The translations under genes were made by a program, and so were the position numbers. Under the pieces are notes generated by a model. It made no database searches and was not told the origin of the DNA. It saw only the letters and a list, made by a program, of their open reading frames with translations. A stretch of 64,000 bases of DNA, from assembly GCA_030390025.1 (NCBI GenBank), contig CM059432.1:71984001-72048000 (forward strand), given 5' to 3'. This DNA comes from Squalus acanthias. Lineage: Eukaryota. This document shows, one piece after another, positions 33,644 to 46,499 of the stretch (within the stretch, counting starts at the first letter, position 1; each line of letters begins with the position of its first letter).

Positions 33644-34804
33644 ATGGGGGCTGCAATGATTGGGGGCGTCGTCCTGCTCCAGCTGAATCGGAGGATAGTG
33701 AGACGCAGACAGAGAGTGGCAATGATGGCCAGACGGAGGAGGGCCATCAGGCGCATGTACAGGAGAGCTTACCCTCCCAGGGTATATCGTGAACAGCTCT
33801 CCTACATCCATATGTCCGAGGAGCTGTGTTTGCGAAGGCTGCGATTCAGCAAGGAGGTGGTCACTGAGCTCTGCCACCTGCTGCAGCCAGATCTGCAGCC
33901 TCAGCTGAGGTCCAGGACGTCTCTGTCGGTGGCAGTGAAGGTCACAGTGGCTTTGAACTTCTACGCCACTGGCTCATTCCAAGCTGCTGTTGGGGACCTC
34001 GCCAATATCTCCCAGTTTGCGGTGCATCGCTGCATCCGGCAGGTCACCAATGCCCTCTTCAGAAGGAGACGAGACTTCATCTCTTTCCCTATGACCCCAG
34101 ACAAGCAGCATGACCGTGCTATGGGCTTTGCGAGGGTAGCGGGCTTCCCCATGGTGCAGGGCGCCATTGACTGCACGCATGTGGCTTTGCGTGCTCCGCG
34201 AGAGAATGCAGAGGAATTCAGGAACAGAAAGGGGTTCCATTCCTTGAATGTGCAGTTGGTCTGTGACCACAGACAGGTGATTCTCGTTGTCAATGCCCAC
34301 TATCCGGGCAGCTGCCACGATGCTTTCATCCTGCGCCAGACTACTGTGGCAGAACTTTTCGAGGCACCGCATCAGCCAGTTGGTTGGCTTCTGGGGGACA
34401 AGGGGTACGCATTGAGCACCTGGCTGATGACACCGCTCCATACGCCAAACACCCCTGCTGAGCTGCGGTACCAGGAAAGCCATCAAGCAACCAGGAACAT
34501 TATTGAGCGCACAATCGGCATGCTGAAACAACGGTTCCGCTGTCTGGACCATTCCGGAGGAGCCCTGCAGTACTCGCCTGAGCAAGTTTCGAACTTCGTA
34601 GTCGTGTGCTGCATGTTGCACAACATGGCAATCCTCAGGACCCAGCCAATGCCACCAGGCCTTGTAGCACCACCAGAGGAGGAGGAGGAAGAGGAGGAAC
34701 AGGACGAGGACGATGATCATCAGCAGCACCAAGGCAGGAGGGCGGCCCACAATGGTCAAACTGCAAGGGCCGTCCGTCAACGACTAATAGCAAGCCGCTT
34801 CTAG
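33644..34804 (+). CDS. Harbinger DDE transposase (HARBI1-like, 386 aa), intact
   Basis: GAIDCTHV, NRKGFHSLNVQ, YPGSCHD, LLGDKGY, RNIIERTIGMLKQRF, CCMLHN, acidic tail. Confidence 0.95.
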   Translation: MGAAMIGGVVLLQLNRRIVRRRQRVAMMARRRRAIRRMYRRAYPPRVYREQLSYIHMSEELCLRRLRFSKEVVTELCHLLQPDLQPQLRSRTSLSVAVKVTVALNFYATGSFQAAVGDLANISQFAVHRCIRQVTNALFRRRRDFISFPMTPDKQHDRAMGFARVAGFPMVQGAIDCTHVALRAPRENAEEFRNRKGFHSLNVQLVCDHRQVILVVNAHYPGSCHDAFILRQTTVAELFEAPHQPVGWLLGDKGYALSTWLMTPLHTPNTPAELRYQESHQATRNIIERTIGMLKQRFRCLDHSGGALQYSPEQVSNFVVVCCMLHNMAILRTQPMPPGLVAPPEEEEEEEEQDEDDDHQQHQGRRAAHNGQTARAVRQRLIASRF

Positions 34805-35098
34805 GGCCCCTGCCATTGCTACAAACACTAATCAACCCAGCACGCAACCCCTAAGCCGGCCAAGGCACCAATAATTCCAACCACCAGCCATGTATATTTT
34901 GAATACAGAAACTTATTTATTTTACAAACTCTGTGTGTGTCAATTCCTCATGACAAACTCATAGAAATAAACACAAAAAAACAGTCAATAACATAACTGG
35001 TTCTCACAACCTGGAGATAATGTCCAAAACACTAAACAAAAGTTGGACCATGAACCTCGGCCTTTAATAAAAAAATGACCAGCATTTTGGCACACCTC

Positions 35099-36922
35099 CT
35101 ACTTTTTGCCCTTCGAGGGTGATCTCCTTCCCTTGCGCACTTCCCCCCTTCTAACCCTACTGCTCCTCCATAATGGGACCTCAGTGGCTGCAGCAAGGCT
35201 GGTGGAAGGCTGCTGCTCGTCAGACCCTGACACTGCAGATGCCCCTGAAGGACGGCCTCGACCACTTCTGGGCCTGGAGGGCCCGGCTGCAGACTGCACC
35301 AACTCTGCATGGGCGGCAGCAGTCTGTCCTACAGGCGGTGGCAAGTGCAGTGGAGAAGTGACAGTGTTGGCAGCAGGAATGCTGTCATCGTGAGAGAGGA
35401 CAGCAACTCCCTGCTCGCCCGACACACTGGCACTCCCACGGGGCAGCACTTCAGCATCCGGAGCAATTTGCCGGAGAACAGATTGCTGGCCTGCTGCGGC
35501 GCGGTGACAGCCCCGGGGACATGTGCACGAACCATTGAGGATGGCAGCAGTCAGTGCTCGCGTGGCCTCAATCTGAGTCTGCATGAGAGCAGTCTCAGAT
35601 GGGTTCCTGGCAGCCAGTGACTGAATTGCAGCACTAAGCTTTAGTGTGGCATCCGCCTGTGCTACAGCGAAGTGCTCCACACTCCTTGCCAGTGACTCAA
35701 TGCATTCGGGCACCCTTCCCACTGCACCCATGAGCTCAGTGTGCATGCCCACCGCCTGGCTGTTCATTTCTGCAATCAGCCGCTCCTCCTCTGCGCCCAT
35801 TGCAGTAGGAGTGTCTGGCATACTCTCCCTCTGGGGAGAAGGCTCCCGTTCTTCCCTCCCCCCCCCCATGGCGTTGCTGCAGCCCACTGGGTCCTGGAGC
35901 TTCACCATCATCAGCCCCTTCCCCCCTGCCCCCCTCCGGGGAAGGCGTGTTCCCAGTGTGGGCATGGGCTTCCTCGGGAGAGGGTGGCACTGATGCTCCG
36001 GCTTCCTCTTCCTCCTCAGCTGCAGCATCACTCCCAGTGGCAGCTTCAGGGCCCGTCTCCTCAGCTGGTGAATCACCATCTGAAAGCAGGGAGGTACAAG
36101 AGTGGCTTTAGCGTGAGGACAGGGTGGCAGTAAGGGAGGAATAAGTGCAGCGAGTTAGCAAGTTGGATTGAAAGTGTCAAAGGCTGGTATTGTGAGGGAC
36201 AAGTGGAAGGACAGAGGACAAAAAGGTGATGACCTTACCATTGCTGTCCACAACGGGGTCGGCGTCCCCAGTGGCGACGGGACCGATCACCCGGCTTGCC
36301 ACAATCCTGTGGACGCGCTCCTCCAGATCGCTGAGGGGTTGCAGCTGAAGCCGCCCTCCACCCGTCCGTTGCTGCTGTCTCCGATTATGAGCCAGTTTAG
36401 CCTGCAAGAAAAAGGACAGCATCTGAGTAAATATACAGCCATGGTCTTGCCTGATGTGCCTCCCATAGGTGAATAGCCCTTACAATATGCAGCCATGGTC
36501 TTGCCTGATGTGCCTCCCATAGGTGAATAGCCCTTACTGTATGCAAAGTGTGGAATGTGTGTGTGTGTTTGATGAAAGGGCCATAGGTGTTGCATGAGTG
36601 TTGTGCATTGGGGTTTTAAGACCCTCTGGCCATAGAGTGAGGTTGAGATGGAGGGATGGAGAGGTATTGAGAAAAAGCCACTCACCCTGACGACCCGAGT
36701 GAGGTCGTTGAACTTTTTGCGGCACTGAACATGGGTCCTGGGCACCATGCTCCTGGAGGAGACGCTCTGAGCCACCTCCCTCCACACTCTTCTGAACTCG
36801 CGTGGCAAAGGCCTCCTGCCACTCTCCGGGAACAGCATGCATCGTCTGCGCTCCACTGCGTCAACCAGAGCATCCAAGGCCCGCTCGGTGAAGCGATGAG
36901 CGCGTTCTCTCACCCTCTCCAT
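35099..36922 (-). CDS. Harbinger Myb/SANT-like protein, exons 36922-36686, 36401-36239, 36079-35099; +1 frameshift in C10 run 35858-35867
   Basis: RFTERALDALV..W.EVAQSV..QCRKKFNDL; GT-AG sites conserved in the sibling copy, which is in frame at the homopolymer position. Confidence 0.85.
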
Positions 36923-37365
36923 GCTTGGCAGCAAAATGGATTACAGGTCTCTCCAGGCTGAGATTCAAGGCTGCAATGAGCAGGGTGTGGCTGGGGAGCA
37001 AGTGCCCCCCCCCGCTTTAAGAAGTGTCCGGCGCCAGTGTGTCTGTGTTCCCTCGCTAACTGGCAGCAGCTGCGCTGCGCTCGTGCGCTGAGGTAGCGCC
37101 TCACTCCTAGGCCTTTGCGCCTTAAGAGAGGTGTGCAGCGCCTAATTTAGCGCTCCACTCACCTCCCGGGGCGGTAAAAGTGAAGTTTCCTGTCAGTGCC
37201 GATAATTAGCGCCAGGCGCTAATATTTGCGCCCAGACGATATTTGCGCCCCAAATGGGGCGCGACCTAATTTCTACCCCAAAGTCTATTATCTTCTGTTA
37301 GATAAATTACTTGTAAAAAGTAACCCCTTAGTGAATTGATGACTAACAAGAAAGCAAGATATTCT

Positions 37366-40300
37366 GGCTTAGAAATTCGGTCACGCTAAACAGCCTCCTA
37401 AGCCTCCAATATGGGCATAAAGCATACGCTCATTACAAGACAGAACTGCACTGCCTGTGGTATTGATATAGGGCATCTAGGGCCCATGCCTCAAACAGAC
37501 ATTAGGCACCTTGCACATGAAAATAAGGGGCCTAATGCCTGTTTGAAGCTCCCTCTGCAATATTGGTTCACTCTGAGGCAGCCAACACCAGCTGCATTCA
37601 GCAAAACCAGGTCTACATGCGGCTTAATAGGTGGTCCTTAAAATAACCGCGTCATATGGTGACAGACATTTGCAGCCTGCTGGAACAAGACCTGCTACCA
37701 ACTGGACCTGGAGCCACGCTTTACCAGTGGTTGTCAAAGTCACCACCGCCCTCAACTTTTTTGCCTCTGGATCCTTCCAGGGTTCTGCTGGAGACATTTG
37801 CAGGATCTCACAGCCGGCGGCCCACAAATGCATAAGACAGGTGGCTGATTGCTTCTTTGCCAGGGTCAGCAATTATGTGAACTTCACCTGCGATGACGCC
37901 AGTCAGAATGAGCGGGCGCTTGGGTTTGCGGCTCTGGTTGGCTTACCAAAGGTGCAGGGTGTCATCGACTGCACACATGTGGCAATTCTGGCACTCATAG
38001 ATCACCCAGGAGTGTTCGTCAACTGCAAGGGCTTTCACTCCATCAATGTGCAGCTGCTGTGCAACCACAAAAAGATCTTCATGCAGGTGTGCTCAAGATT
38101 CCCGGGCAGCTGCCATGACACTTTTGTTCTGTGGCAGTTCAACATGCCTGATTTCTTCACACCTCAAAGCAGGGTTATCGGCTGGCTGCTTGGAGAACAG
38201 GGATACCCACTTAAAACGTGGCTGATGACGCCCTGCAGAAACCCGAGGAATGAGGCCCAGGAGTGATACAATGAATGCCATATGTGTCATCAAACAAGCC
38301 TGCTGAAGATGCGCTTCAGGTGCATGGGCAGATCTGCAGGTGCTCTTCAGTCTGCACCAGCCAGGGTCTCCAGAATGGTCGTGGTCTGCTGCGCTCTGTA
38401 CAAAATTGCGCAGCAGCAAGGTTTGGACCTGCAGGAGGAACAAGTTGCAGAGCACAGAGCCTCTTCTGGATGATTCCGAGGAGGAGGAGGAGGTGGAAGA
38501 TGAGGAGGAGGAAGCGGAAGGTGATGCGGGCAATGCAACACCAGCGGCACACATTGCTGCCTGGGATGCCCTCATTATTGCGAGGTTCATTTAGGTTCCA
38601 CTGGTGCACCCATCTGTCAACCACATGCAAAAGCCACTTTTGACCCCCACCCCCACCCCAATGCCAGTAACACAAAGCAGTCCTGCAAACAACCAAGCCT
38701 TCCTTTCGCAGCCCCCCAATTGCTCGGCGTCAATTCATGTCTTCCCATTCATCATCACACAATTGAAAAGGCCACTTGCCCGCCAGCAAGCAAGAATGAG
38801 CAAGATGGGAAAGTGGTGCAAAGTTTATGTGGCTCACATATAAAACAGAAACGTAACATTCTAACAATGTGTAACGCACCCATGTGCATACACTCGTGCA
38901 ACTACAAATCTTTACTCTTCCTCTTCCTAGCACTCCTACGTGGTGCAACACCTGTGGCTTCAGCAGAGGTAGAGGCAGGCTACTCAGATCCCTGCTCTGA
39001 CTACTGAGATGCTCTTGGCCGATGTCCTCTGGGTTTTTGTGCCTGTGAGGGCCTCGCCAAAGACCTGCGCAGGGGCAGACACGGCCATCGGGACATGAGG
39101 CCGCATGTGGGGTACTGACTGAGGGGGTGTGGGCAATGGGTGAGAAGTGGAAGCGCTTTGAGCAGAGTCCCCACTTCAATGTCCCCTTTCACCATCATAC
39201 CTCTCATGGCCCAGCCGCAATTCCCTGCTAGCAATGAGCTGGAGAACACTTTGCTGCAGATCAGTGGGGCGATGAACAGTCAAGGCTAGGGTATCAGTCA
39301 TCTTATGTAAGGTGGCATTCATAGCGTGAAAGCCATTGTTGAAGGCCTGCATGCACTCATGTGATTGCCGCGTTTGATGCTCCATGCAGGTGGCCACTCT
39401 TTCCATGGACGAAGACATAATCACAAAGGCCTGCGACATCATGCCACTCATGCTTGAGACATACTCCTCCAATCTCTCTGCAAACGTGCACAGTGCGGCT
39501 GGAATGCATGCCAGTACATCGCACATTCTTTGCTGGTGCTCTAGAAGTATCCTGTTCGTCGACGGCCCCCGAGGTACAGCATCTGCGTCCAGCTGAGCAG
39601 AGCTTGGAGTGTCTTGCGCCCACAGACGCGGACTTTCCACAGCTGTCCCTGTCTCCACCGTCTACTCTTGCTCACGTGTGATGTGTGAGTCACCAGGCGA
39701 AAACCCAACTATCTGCCTTACTGGTCCCACCGAAGTGTGAGTATCTGAGCTAGTGCATGGTCTGCCTGAGTCCTGTGATGGTGCACACTCAGAGGATTAA
39801 CCTACTCTGAGGAGTCAGCAGTGGCAGACAGCTGGACTACCTCCTGCGGGACACGTGAAGGCCCTGTGGGAGATAAAAGACATGAATGAATGCTGTCACG
39901 GTAAGAATGTTTGAAGTTATCATTATACACATGATCATATTTCACTTGCTGTTGACATCAAGTCAACATGAGTCAGCATTGTATGCCATGTGGCTGTCTG
40001 ATATTTAATTCTGTCACCAGGTACCTGGGAGGCCCCCCCCCCCCACATCTCCTCATCTCCAATGGCCAGGCTCGCCGAGACTCCAATGATTTCCAGCGCC
40101 TGCTCCTCTACACTTGTTAACTGTGTGATGGCTGGAGGACCACCTCCGTTTCTCTGCCTCTCCCTCATGTTCTGTGCTCTCTTCTCCTGCAAGGAGGGAA
40201 AGAAGAGACTTATGAGTGAGAGTAATGGCATGTGTTGAACGGATGGATGGAGAGCATTTGTTGAGGGTGACTATGTGGGAGAGGCATAACATTGCATAAG

Positions 40301-40506
40301 GATGAGGGTGAGTGTCAGTGGTGGATGGACAGATGGGGATGTGAGGAAGTGCATAGACAGAGAGGGATGGGCGTACCTGCAAGTTGGTGTGAGGAGTGAT
40401 GCGCTGGAGTAGGCTTGAGATTGTGATGTGTGAGTCACCAGGTGAAAACCCAACTATCTGCCTTACTGGTCCCACCGAAGTGCAAGTATCTGAGCTGGTG
40501 CATGGT
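37366..40506. mobile_element. Decayed Harbinger C: transposase pseudogene (+, ~37680-38594) and Myb-gene exons 2-3 (-), right end missing
   Basis: TIR-like GGCTTAGAAATT; GVIDCTHV, FPGSCHD, LLGEQGY with stops and deletions. Confidence 0.85.
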
Positions 40507-40689
40507 GTTGTAAGTTGCAATTTGGTGTAAATTAACACACTGTTTCTCCCAGCCTCCTGAGCATGTTGTAAAACCTTATGGAATCTGTCTTACGTTGTAT
40601 TGAACATTGATTATGGAAGTCTTGGAATACACTAGCTGTCGATGGGGAAAGACATAGTTGACGAGAAGAGGGGAGGAAAAAGCTGACAA

Positions 40690-40915
40690 AAAATTATCTG
40701 GATCTAATCTGTTATGATCTGGAATTTACTGCCTGAAGGGTGGTAGAAGCAGGTTCAATAGTAAGTTACAAAAGGGAATTAGATAAATAATATAAAGGGA
40801 AAAAAATTACATGGCTATGGGGAAAGAGCAGGGGAGTGGGATTAATTGGATAGCTCTATGAAGGAGCCGGCACAGGCACAATGGGTTGAATGGCCTCCTT
40901 CTGTGCTGTATAAAG
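40690..40915 (+). mobile_element. CR1 3' end fragment
   Basis: Resembles the ORF2 end and 3' UTR (GGCTATGGGGAAAGAGCAGG..GAATGGCCTCCTTCTGTGCTG). Confidence 0.7.
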
Positions 40916-41370
40916 GATGAAAGTAATTCATACTGCAAGCAAACCCAATGGAGAGAGATGAAAGTAAGATGAACTCTGTTGCTGCATAAGCAGTTCTGCT
41001 TTTCCAGTTTGGAATGTTTATTACATTGTTGCTTTGGAAGAAAGAAACATCTTTTCATGAATGAAAAACCAGACAAAAAGATTTGATACCTAGTGCAGCC
41101 TTGTAAAATCAGGTTGTGGGCATTTTAAAAAGTGTACCAAGAAAACAGCACTGATAATTACTTTATACGTTAGATGGCATGACAACAGATTGCAGCTGGA
41201 GATAACTTTCAGGACACGGGTCTCATAAAATTGACCCTGCTGGGTCCTGGAAGCAGAAAAAGACTTGAACATTGCCTGAGAGAGAGAGAGCATCACAGGC
41301 AGAAAAAGCAGTATGCGCAATTTAGCCATTGGCACTCAGCACGGATTTTTAAAATTGATATAAAATGCTG

Positions 41371-41505
41371 AGTTCTGACGAAAAGTCATCAACCTGAAAC
41401 GTTAACTTTGTTTCTCTCTCCACCGATGCTGCCTGACCTGCTGAGTATTTCCAGCATTTTCTGTTTATATTTCAGATTTCCAGCATCCGTTTTATTTTGC
41501 TTTTG
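41371..41505 (+). mobile_element. Short Penelope-derived repeat with hammerhead motif (41371-41407)
   Basis: AGTT-CTGACGA..GAAACGTT-AACT; homologous to 13752-13851. Confidence 0.75.
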
Positions 41506-41639
41506 TAGAATACTGAGTTGTTGTCTTCCTGACATAAACAAGAAGGCTTGGATTAAGCAAGAGAAGTTCTATTCTTGAAACAGAGAATCCTTAAATTCTT
41601 TGCTCAAAAAGAGAAATATTAAAGAACGTGGGGACAAAG

Positions 41640-42345
41640 AATCTGAAACCTTTCCTCAGCAATATCTTGTTAGCCATACATTGATGTATCTAATCTGTTC
41701 CTCTCTAACTTGACCAGTACATTGCACAGGAGTAATCCTGAAATACCTGTCTAGAACCTAACTCTTCAAGCTTTTTTGAAAGACTTCCAACCTATTCTTT
41801 CTCATGTCATTGGTTCCTATGTGAACCATGACCTCTGGCTTTGAGCCCAAGTTTCTGGGATATCCTCCAGCCACCTCTAGCAAAGCCATTTGGGGGAGGG
41901 CGAGGCTGGGGCAGGGGAAGAGACTGCTTATGTTGGGAATTCACAGTCTTCAGAGGAACCTGGCTGATGGTCACTGACTCACTGGAGGTCTGCCTGGTTA
42001 GAGCATGTGAACTCCTTGCCCACCAGTGAGCGTGGGGACCACCTGGGGGTCCAGGCCAGGATTGAGGCAACAATTTCTTTTTCATTTATTAGAGCAGTCC
42101 TCTTTGTAAGGTGGTCATGGCACTACCTGCAGGTGCCTTCCAGGGAGGAGATCCACTTGCTGGATTGTCTATTCTTATTGCTGTGTCCCAATTGCACTCT
42201 CAGTTGAGTGGGCATCCGCCAACGGAATTCAAACTAGGGTACTTTCCCTGGTCCAGAAAGTTCATGAGGCAAGTGACGAAGGTTCTCGGTGGGTGCCTTC
42301 CTGCCGTAATTGCTGGGCACATTAGCCTGCAGAGTTGGGAGCATT
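41640..42345 (-). mobile_element. Decayed CR1 ORF1 (esterase) region
   Basis: VHIGTNDMRK..IRYINVWL pieces homologous to the esterase at 22.3-22.7 kb. Confidence 0.6.
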
Positions 42346-42410
42346 AAGTATAAAAGCAAAGAAGCGATGCTGAATTTGTACAAGTCATAAGGTACATAGA
42401 GGGAGGTTAT

Positions 42411-43790
42411 GGCCTAGAAATTCGTGGCCACCACAAAAGCTGCCAGTGCCACCGCAGCCGGGGGTTAACGGCCACTGAAAGTGGTGGCGCTAGCAGAACT
42501 GAAAAATTGGCGCTGGTGAATAATGATTATTAGCTCAGCGCTAAACTCACCGTGTAACGCCCTCCTGGTCGCATTCGTCCCGGCATCAGGCCCCAATGTG
42601 GCGTCCACAGGCAGCGTTGCAGCTTTGCACAGCCTCTGAAAGCGGGGCTGTGATTTTGCAAAGCATTGTGGGATATTAAAAGGCCAATGCATTGTCGTTT
42701 TCTTAAAAGCCTTCAGAAATGATAAAAATAAAAATGATGTAAAAATATGCAGTTTTCAGCCCTTACAGCTCAACTGCCTTCTGAAAAACAAATTACCATT
42801 AAAAAGAATTCCCAAATGGAGACTTCAGCTCTTAAAGCTAAATTCCCTTCAGAACCTCAAAAAATGGGAAAAGTGCTTCAGCACTATCACATATGGCTTA
42901 TCAAGCCAGGGAAGGGGCACCCAGGGTCTGGCACACAGCACTCCAGCTTTGTGCAGGGGGTCAACACTGCAAGAGAGGTCCTCTGTCCACAGAGGCCAGG
43001 AGGCCCTCCAGAAACAACAATGCGGAACCAGATCACCGAGGCCATCACTGCCAGCAGCGTCGCCCCCACCACCTGGCTCCAGTGCCCAAAGAAGCTTCAT
43101 GACCTCAGACCACTGGTCAATGACAATGAATGCATCTTCAAAAGCCGTCTCCTACCAACTTCTTCACTAGCCTCACACACTTCTCAATGCACGACTCCTC
43201 CTCCCCCCATCACTCACCTACCAACAATCTGTACCAATCACAAGGCACATCTCCCATTCCTAGCTTCACCTCACCCCCTTGGAGGAGATGGTGCTGGCCA
43301 TTCTTGGCAGGGGCATGGCTGAGCCCTTGGCCAGTGATGGGGCTGAAGGGATACAAGATGCTGGTATCCTCATACGTTATCATTCTTCGCGCAGGCACCT
43401 CTTGCTTTCCCGCCCTCCCCTCACCACAACTCCACCCTTGTGCCTTCCTCATTTCACACACCCAAGAAATGCAGCCTGCCCAGCCAGTGGTTGACCAAGA
43501 TGAGGGAGAGGAGAGTGAAGAAGAAGAAGAAGAAGATACACCATCACTTGATTTCACACTCCCAGCCACCAGCTCTTCAAGGTCGACCAGTAAGGCCATG
43601 TCCCCCACAGAAAGTCAGCAGCCCTCCACCAGCCATGCTGCAGCCACTGGGGTAGCACTGCATGACATTAGTAGGATAGGCAAAGGCACACACAAGACAG
43701 TCACTAAGGGAATGCATAAGGGTGCTGAGTTGATTTCTTGATGTCATATTGGATAGATAGATGTATTTATTTGTTAACACTGATTATTTA
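42411..43790 (+). mobile_element. Decayed Harbinger D end with Myb-gene remnants
   Basis: TIR GGCCTAGAAATT; TWLQCPKKLHDL; SQQPSTSHAAATGVAL C-terminal motif shared with the other Myb genes. Confidence 0.75.
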
Positions 43791-44440
43791 TACGAACTGA
43801 TAATTAGTAAATTAGTTAACAGATTTATTCACTAACTTAACACCCTCTGCTCGTTAGGCAATTGGTGAGCAATTTAATTGTGCTCATTACTGTACTAATT
43901 GCACAGTTATTAATTTAAAAGCCGCTGAGTGGCCTGCGTGGGACCTCCAGACCGCTACGCGACCGCACGGCTTAACGCGAACATTGGTGTGCGGCCCTCA
44001 ACAGCTCAACAAAACTTGTTAAGTGGCTCTCTAGTCGAAATAATTGCCCACCCCTGGATTAGAGTAAGCAGCTCCAGTTGAAGAACCAGCACCTGCATTG
44101 GCACAATGAACCGAATGGCTGTCCTGTAATTTCCATAATTCTATGTCCAATATTTCTTAATAATGTAGTCAACTTTCTAATTCTGATGATGTGGCTTGAA
44201 AGAAAAAAAATAAAATCAGTTGGCATGAAACAAGTGTGCATAGTTTATAGTCCTCTTATGCTTGAAATATTATCAGGAAAAAGTAATTTTGAAATTGCTT
44301 TGCTATTGATCGCTGCAACACACTATCAGTCATCATCAATCTAACTTCAATGCTAATGAATTATTGGGGCTTAGGTGTTCACTGAGGTAGAAGAGTTATC
44401 GAGTGACCTAACAGAACCATAAACCACATACCATAAGCTG

Positions 44441-44892
44441 GCATGGTCAGTTGGTAGCACTCTTGCCTCTGCATCACAAGGTTGTGGGTTCAAGTCCCAC
44501 TCCAGAAACTTGAGCACAGAAATCTCGGCCTACACTCCAGTGCAGTGCTAAGGGAGTGCTGCACTGTCAGAGGTACCGTCTTTCGGATGAGATGTTAAAC
44601 CGAGGCCCTGTTTGCCATCTCAGGTGGACGTAAAATATCCCGTGACACTATTTCGAAGAAGAGCAGGGGAGTTATCCCTGGTGCCCTGGCCAATATTTAT
44701 CACTCAATTAACATCACAAACAGATTATCTTGTCATTATCACATTGCTGTTTGTGGGATCTTGCTGCGCAAATTGGCTGCCACGTTTCCTACATGACAAC
44801 AGTGACTACACTTCAAAAGTACTTCATTGGCTGTAAAGTGCTTTGGGACATCCTGAGGTCGTGAAAGATGCTATATAAATGCAAGTCTTTTT
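44441..44892 (+). mobile_element. tRNA-derived DeuSINE (SacSINE1-like), near full length
   Basis: A box TGGTCAGTTGG, B box GGTTCAAGTCC, GATGAGATGTTAAACCGAGG..CCTGGCCAA Deu-like core, L2-type tail GCTATATAAATGCAAGT. Confidence 0.85.
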
Positions 44893-45379
44893 CGTTGAAG
44901 TCTAAACAAATAAATCATAGCTGGAATAATGCTTGTCTTTTCTTTTATCTTTGTTGTACAAGGGATTTGTTTTTAAGATATATTTCCTCCAATGTTCCAT
45001 GCTGTTCTCTTCATGCTATTGTAACAATCCTGAGGGACTGAGGTATAGGATGGGGAAGTTATGGCTCCTTTTAACCCTAGGGAAGGGAAGGGGTAAGTTG
45101 GGAATATAAAGCAAAACTCAAAAGGCTGGAGAGACAGAGAGAGAGATTGATGGAAGGCAAACTGCTGGTGCACTTGCTAACTTGCATTATTATTACTTGT
45201 TATTATTAAATACACTGGGCCCAAAACCAATGATCCCGCTCCACTGCCTTAACTATGGTGGAGTGAGGCCTTGCCCCATTGGTGACCCGCTTTGTCTGGC
45301 CAGCAGTCTGCTCCAGCCCAATGAACTTTGGGGCCAATCTGGTTTATAGATATAGCCATGTTTGAAGCACTGCTGATGA

Positions 45380-45842
45380 CACCATCATCCATGCTTTGTC
45401 ACCTCCATACTCAACTGTTTCAATACTCTCCTGGCTGGCCTCACATTTTCCACCCTCTGTACACTTCAGCTGATCCAAAACTCTACTACCCATATCCTAT
45501 CCTGCACTAGGTCCCGCTCACCTATCACCCCTGCCCTCACTGACACACATTGGCTCCACTTCCCCAATGCTTCAAATTGAAAATTTTCATCCTTATGCTT
45601 AAAATCCTTCATGGCCTTGCCCCGCCCCTCCCTATCCCTGTAATCTTCTCCAGCCTTACAACCCCACTCCTTCTTTAAGGCCCTTCTTAAAACCCACCTC
45701 TTTAACCAAACTTTTGGACAACCCTCTGAATATTTCCTTCGTTGGCTCAGTGTTCGTTTTTTTGATTATGCATCTGTGAAGTGCCTTGGGATATTTTTCA
45801 ATGTTAAAGGTACCATATAAATGCAAGTTGTTGTTATTGTTT
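45380..45842 (+). mobile_element. L2 LINE 3' fragment
   Basis: Homologous to 53910-54425; tail ATAAATGCAAGTTGTTG. Confidence 0.75.
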
Positions 45843-46499
45843 GTCTGGGAGATGTTAAATTGCTGCCATCCAGTGTATACGTGTGTCTTCACACCATAAA
45901 CCGTCCAGGCCATGAGCTCCCAGGTCTCCATCAATGTTATTCTGAAACTGGCCACAAGGCTTTTCATAGATACTTTGGGATTTCATCAAGTGCACTCTCC
46001 ACTATTGAACCCGTCTGTCATTGGTAAAGCAAAGGGGTGGGAGTGGAATTGGTCAATTTTACACAAATACAGTTTGTCCATTAATAGATGAAAATATCAG
46101 TATGTTGAGTTAAGTGAGTTCAGGAAAGAAATTGGCATTAACCCATATAATTTTCCTAATATCTTTTTATACATTGTTTGCATCATGCACTAATGCATTT
46201 AATAATACATATCTCACTAGAAGGTATTCAAATATTTAGATATTATACATAATGTAAACTATCAAATAAGGCTTATACAATGTGTTTGGGGTTATTGTAT
46301 CAAATTCTGAAATCAATCTGTAAATGTTAGAGTATCAATGATTAGCAATATTCTAAAAAGGGGACCATATCTGGAAATACATGCCCTCAACGTTTTAACA
46401 GGTTATACTCTCTGACGTAACAATATTTCACAGCCTTACTAGTGCTTTGGGGAGGAGGGAGAGCGGAAGTGAGAAATTCTCTACCAAAAAGAACAGAAA

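Larger units (their letters stand above)
33132..37279. mobile_element. Full-length PIF/Harbinger transposon B (4148 bp)
   Basis: TIRs GGGGTAAAAATT / AATTTCTACCCC, AAA on both flanks (3-bp TSD), convergent transposase and Myb-like genes. Confidence 0.95.

Noticed and set aside
33644..34804. Host HARBI1 gene
   Set aside because: Intronless, inside TIRs with TSD and multi-copy, so a transposon-encoded transposase.
36437..36540. 54-bp tandem duplication giving a repeated peptide in the 215-aa ORF
   Set aside because: Lies in intron 1 of the Myb gene; the ORF is intron read-through. Also present in the sibling copy.
44441..44505. tRNA gene
   Set aside because: A and B boxes belong to the SINE head; no full cloverleaf.
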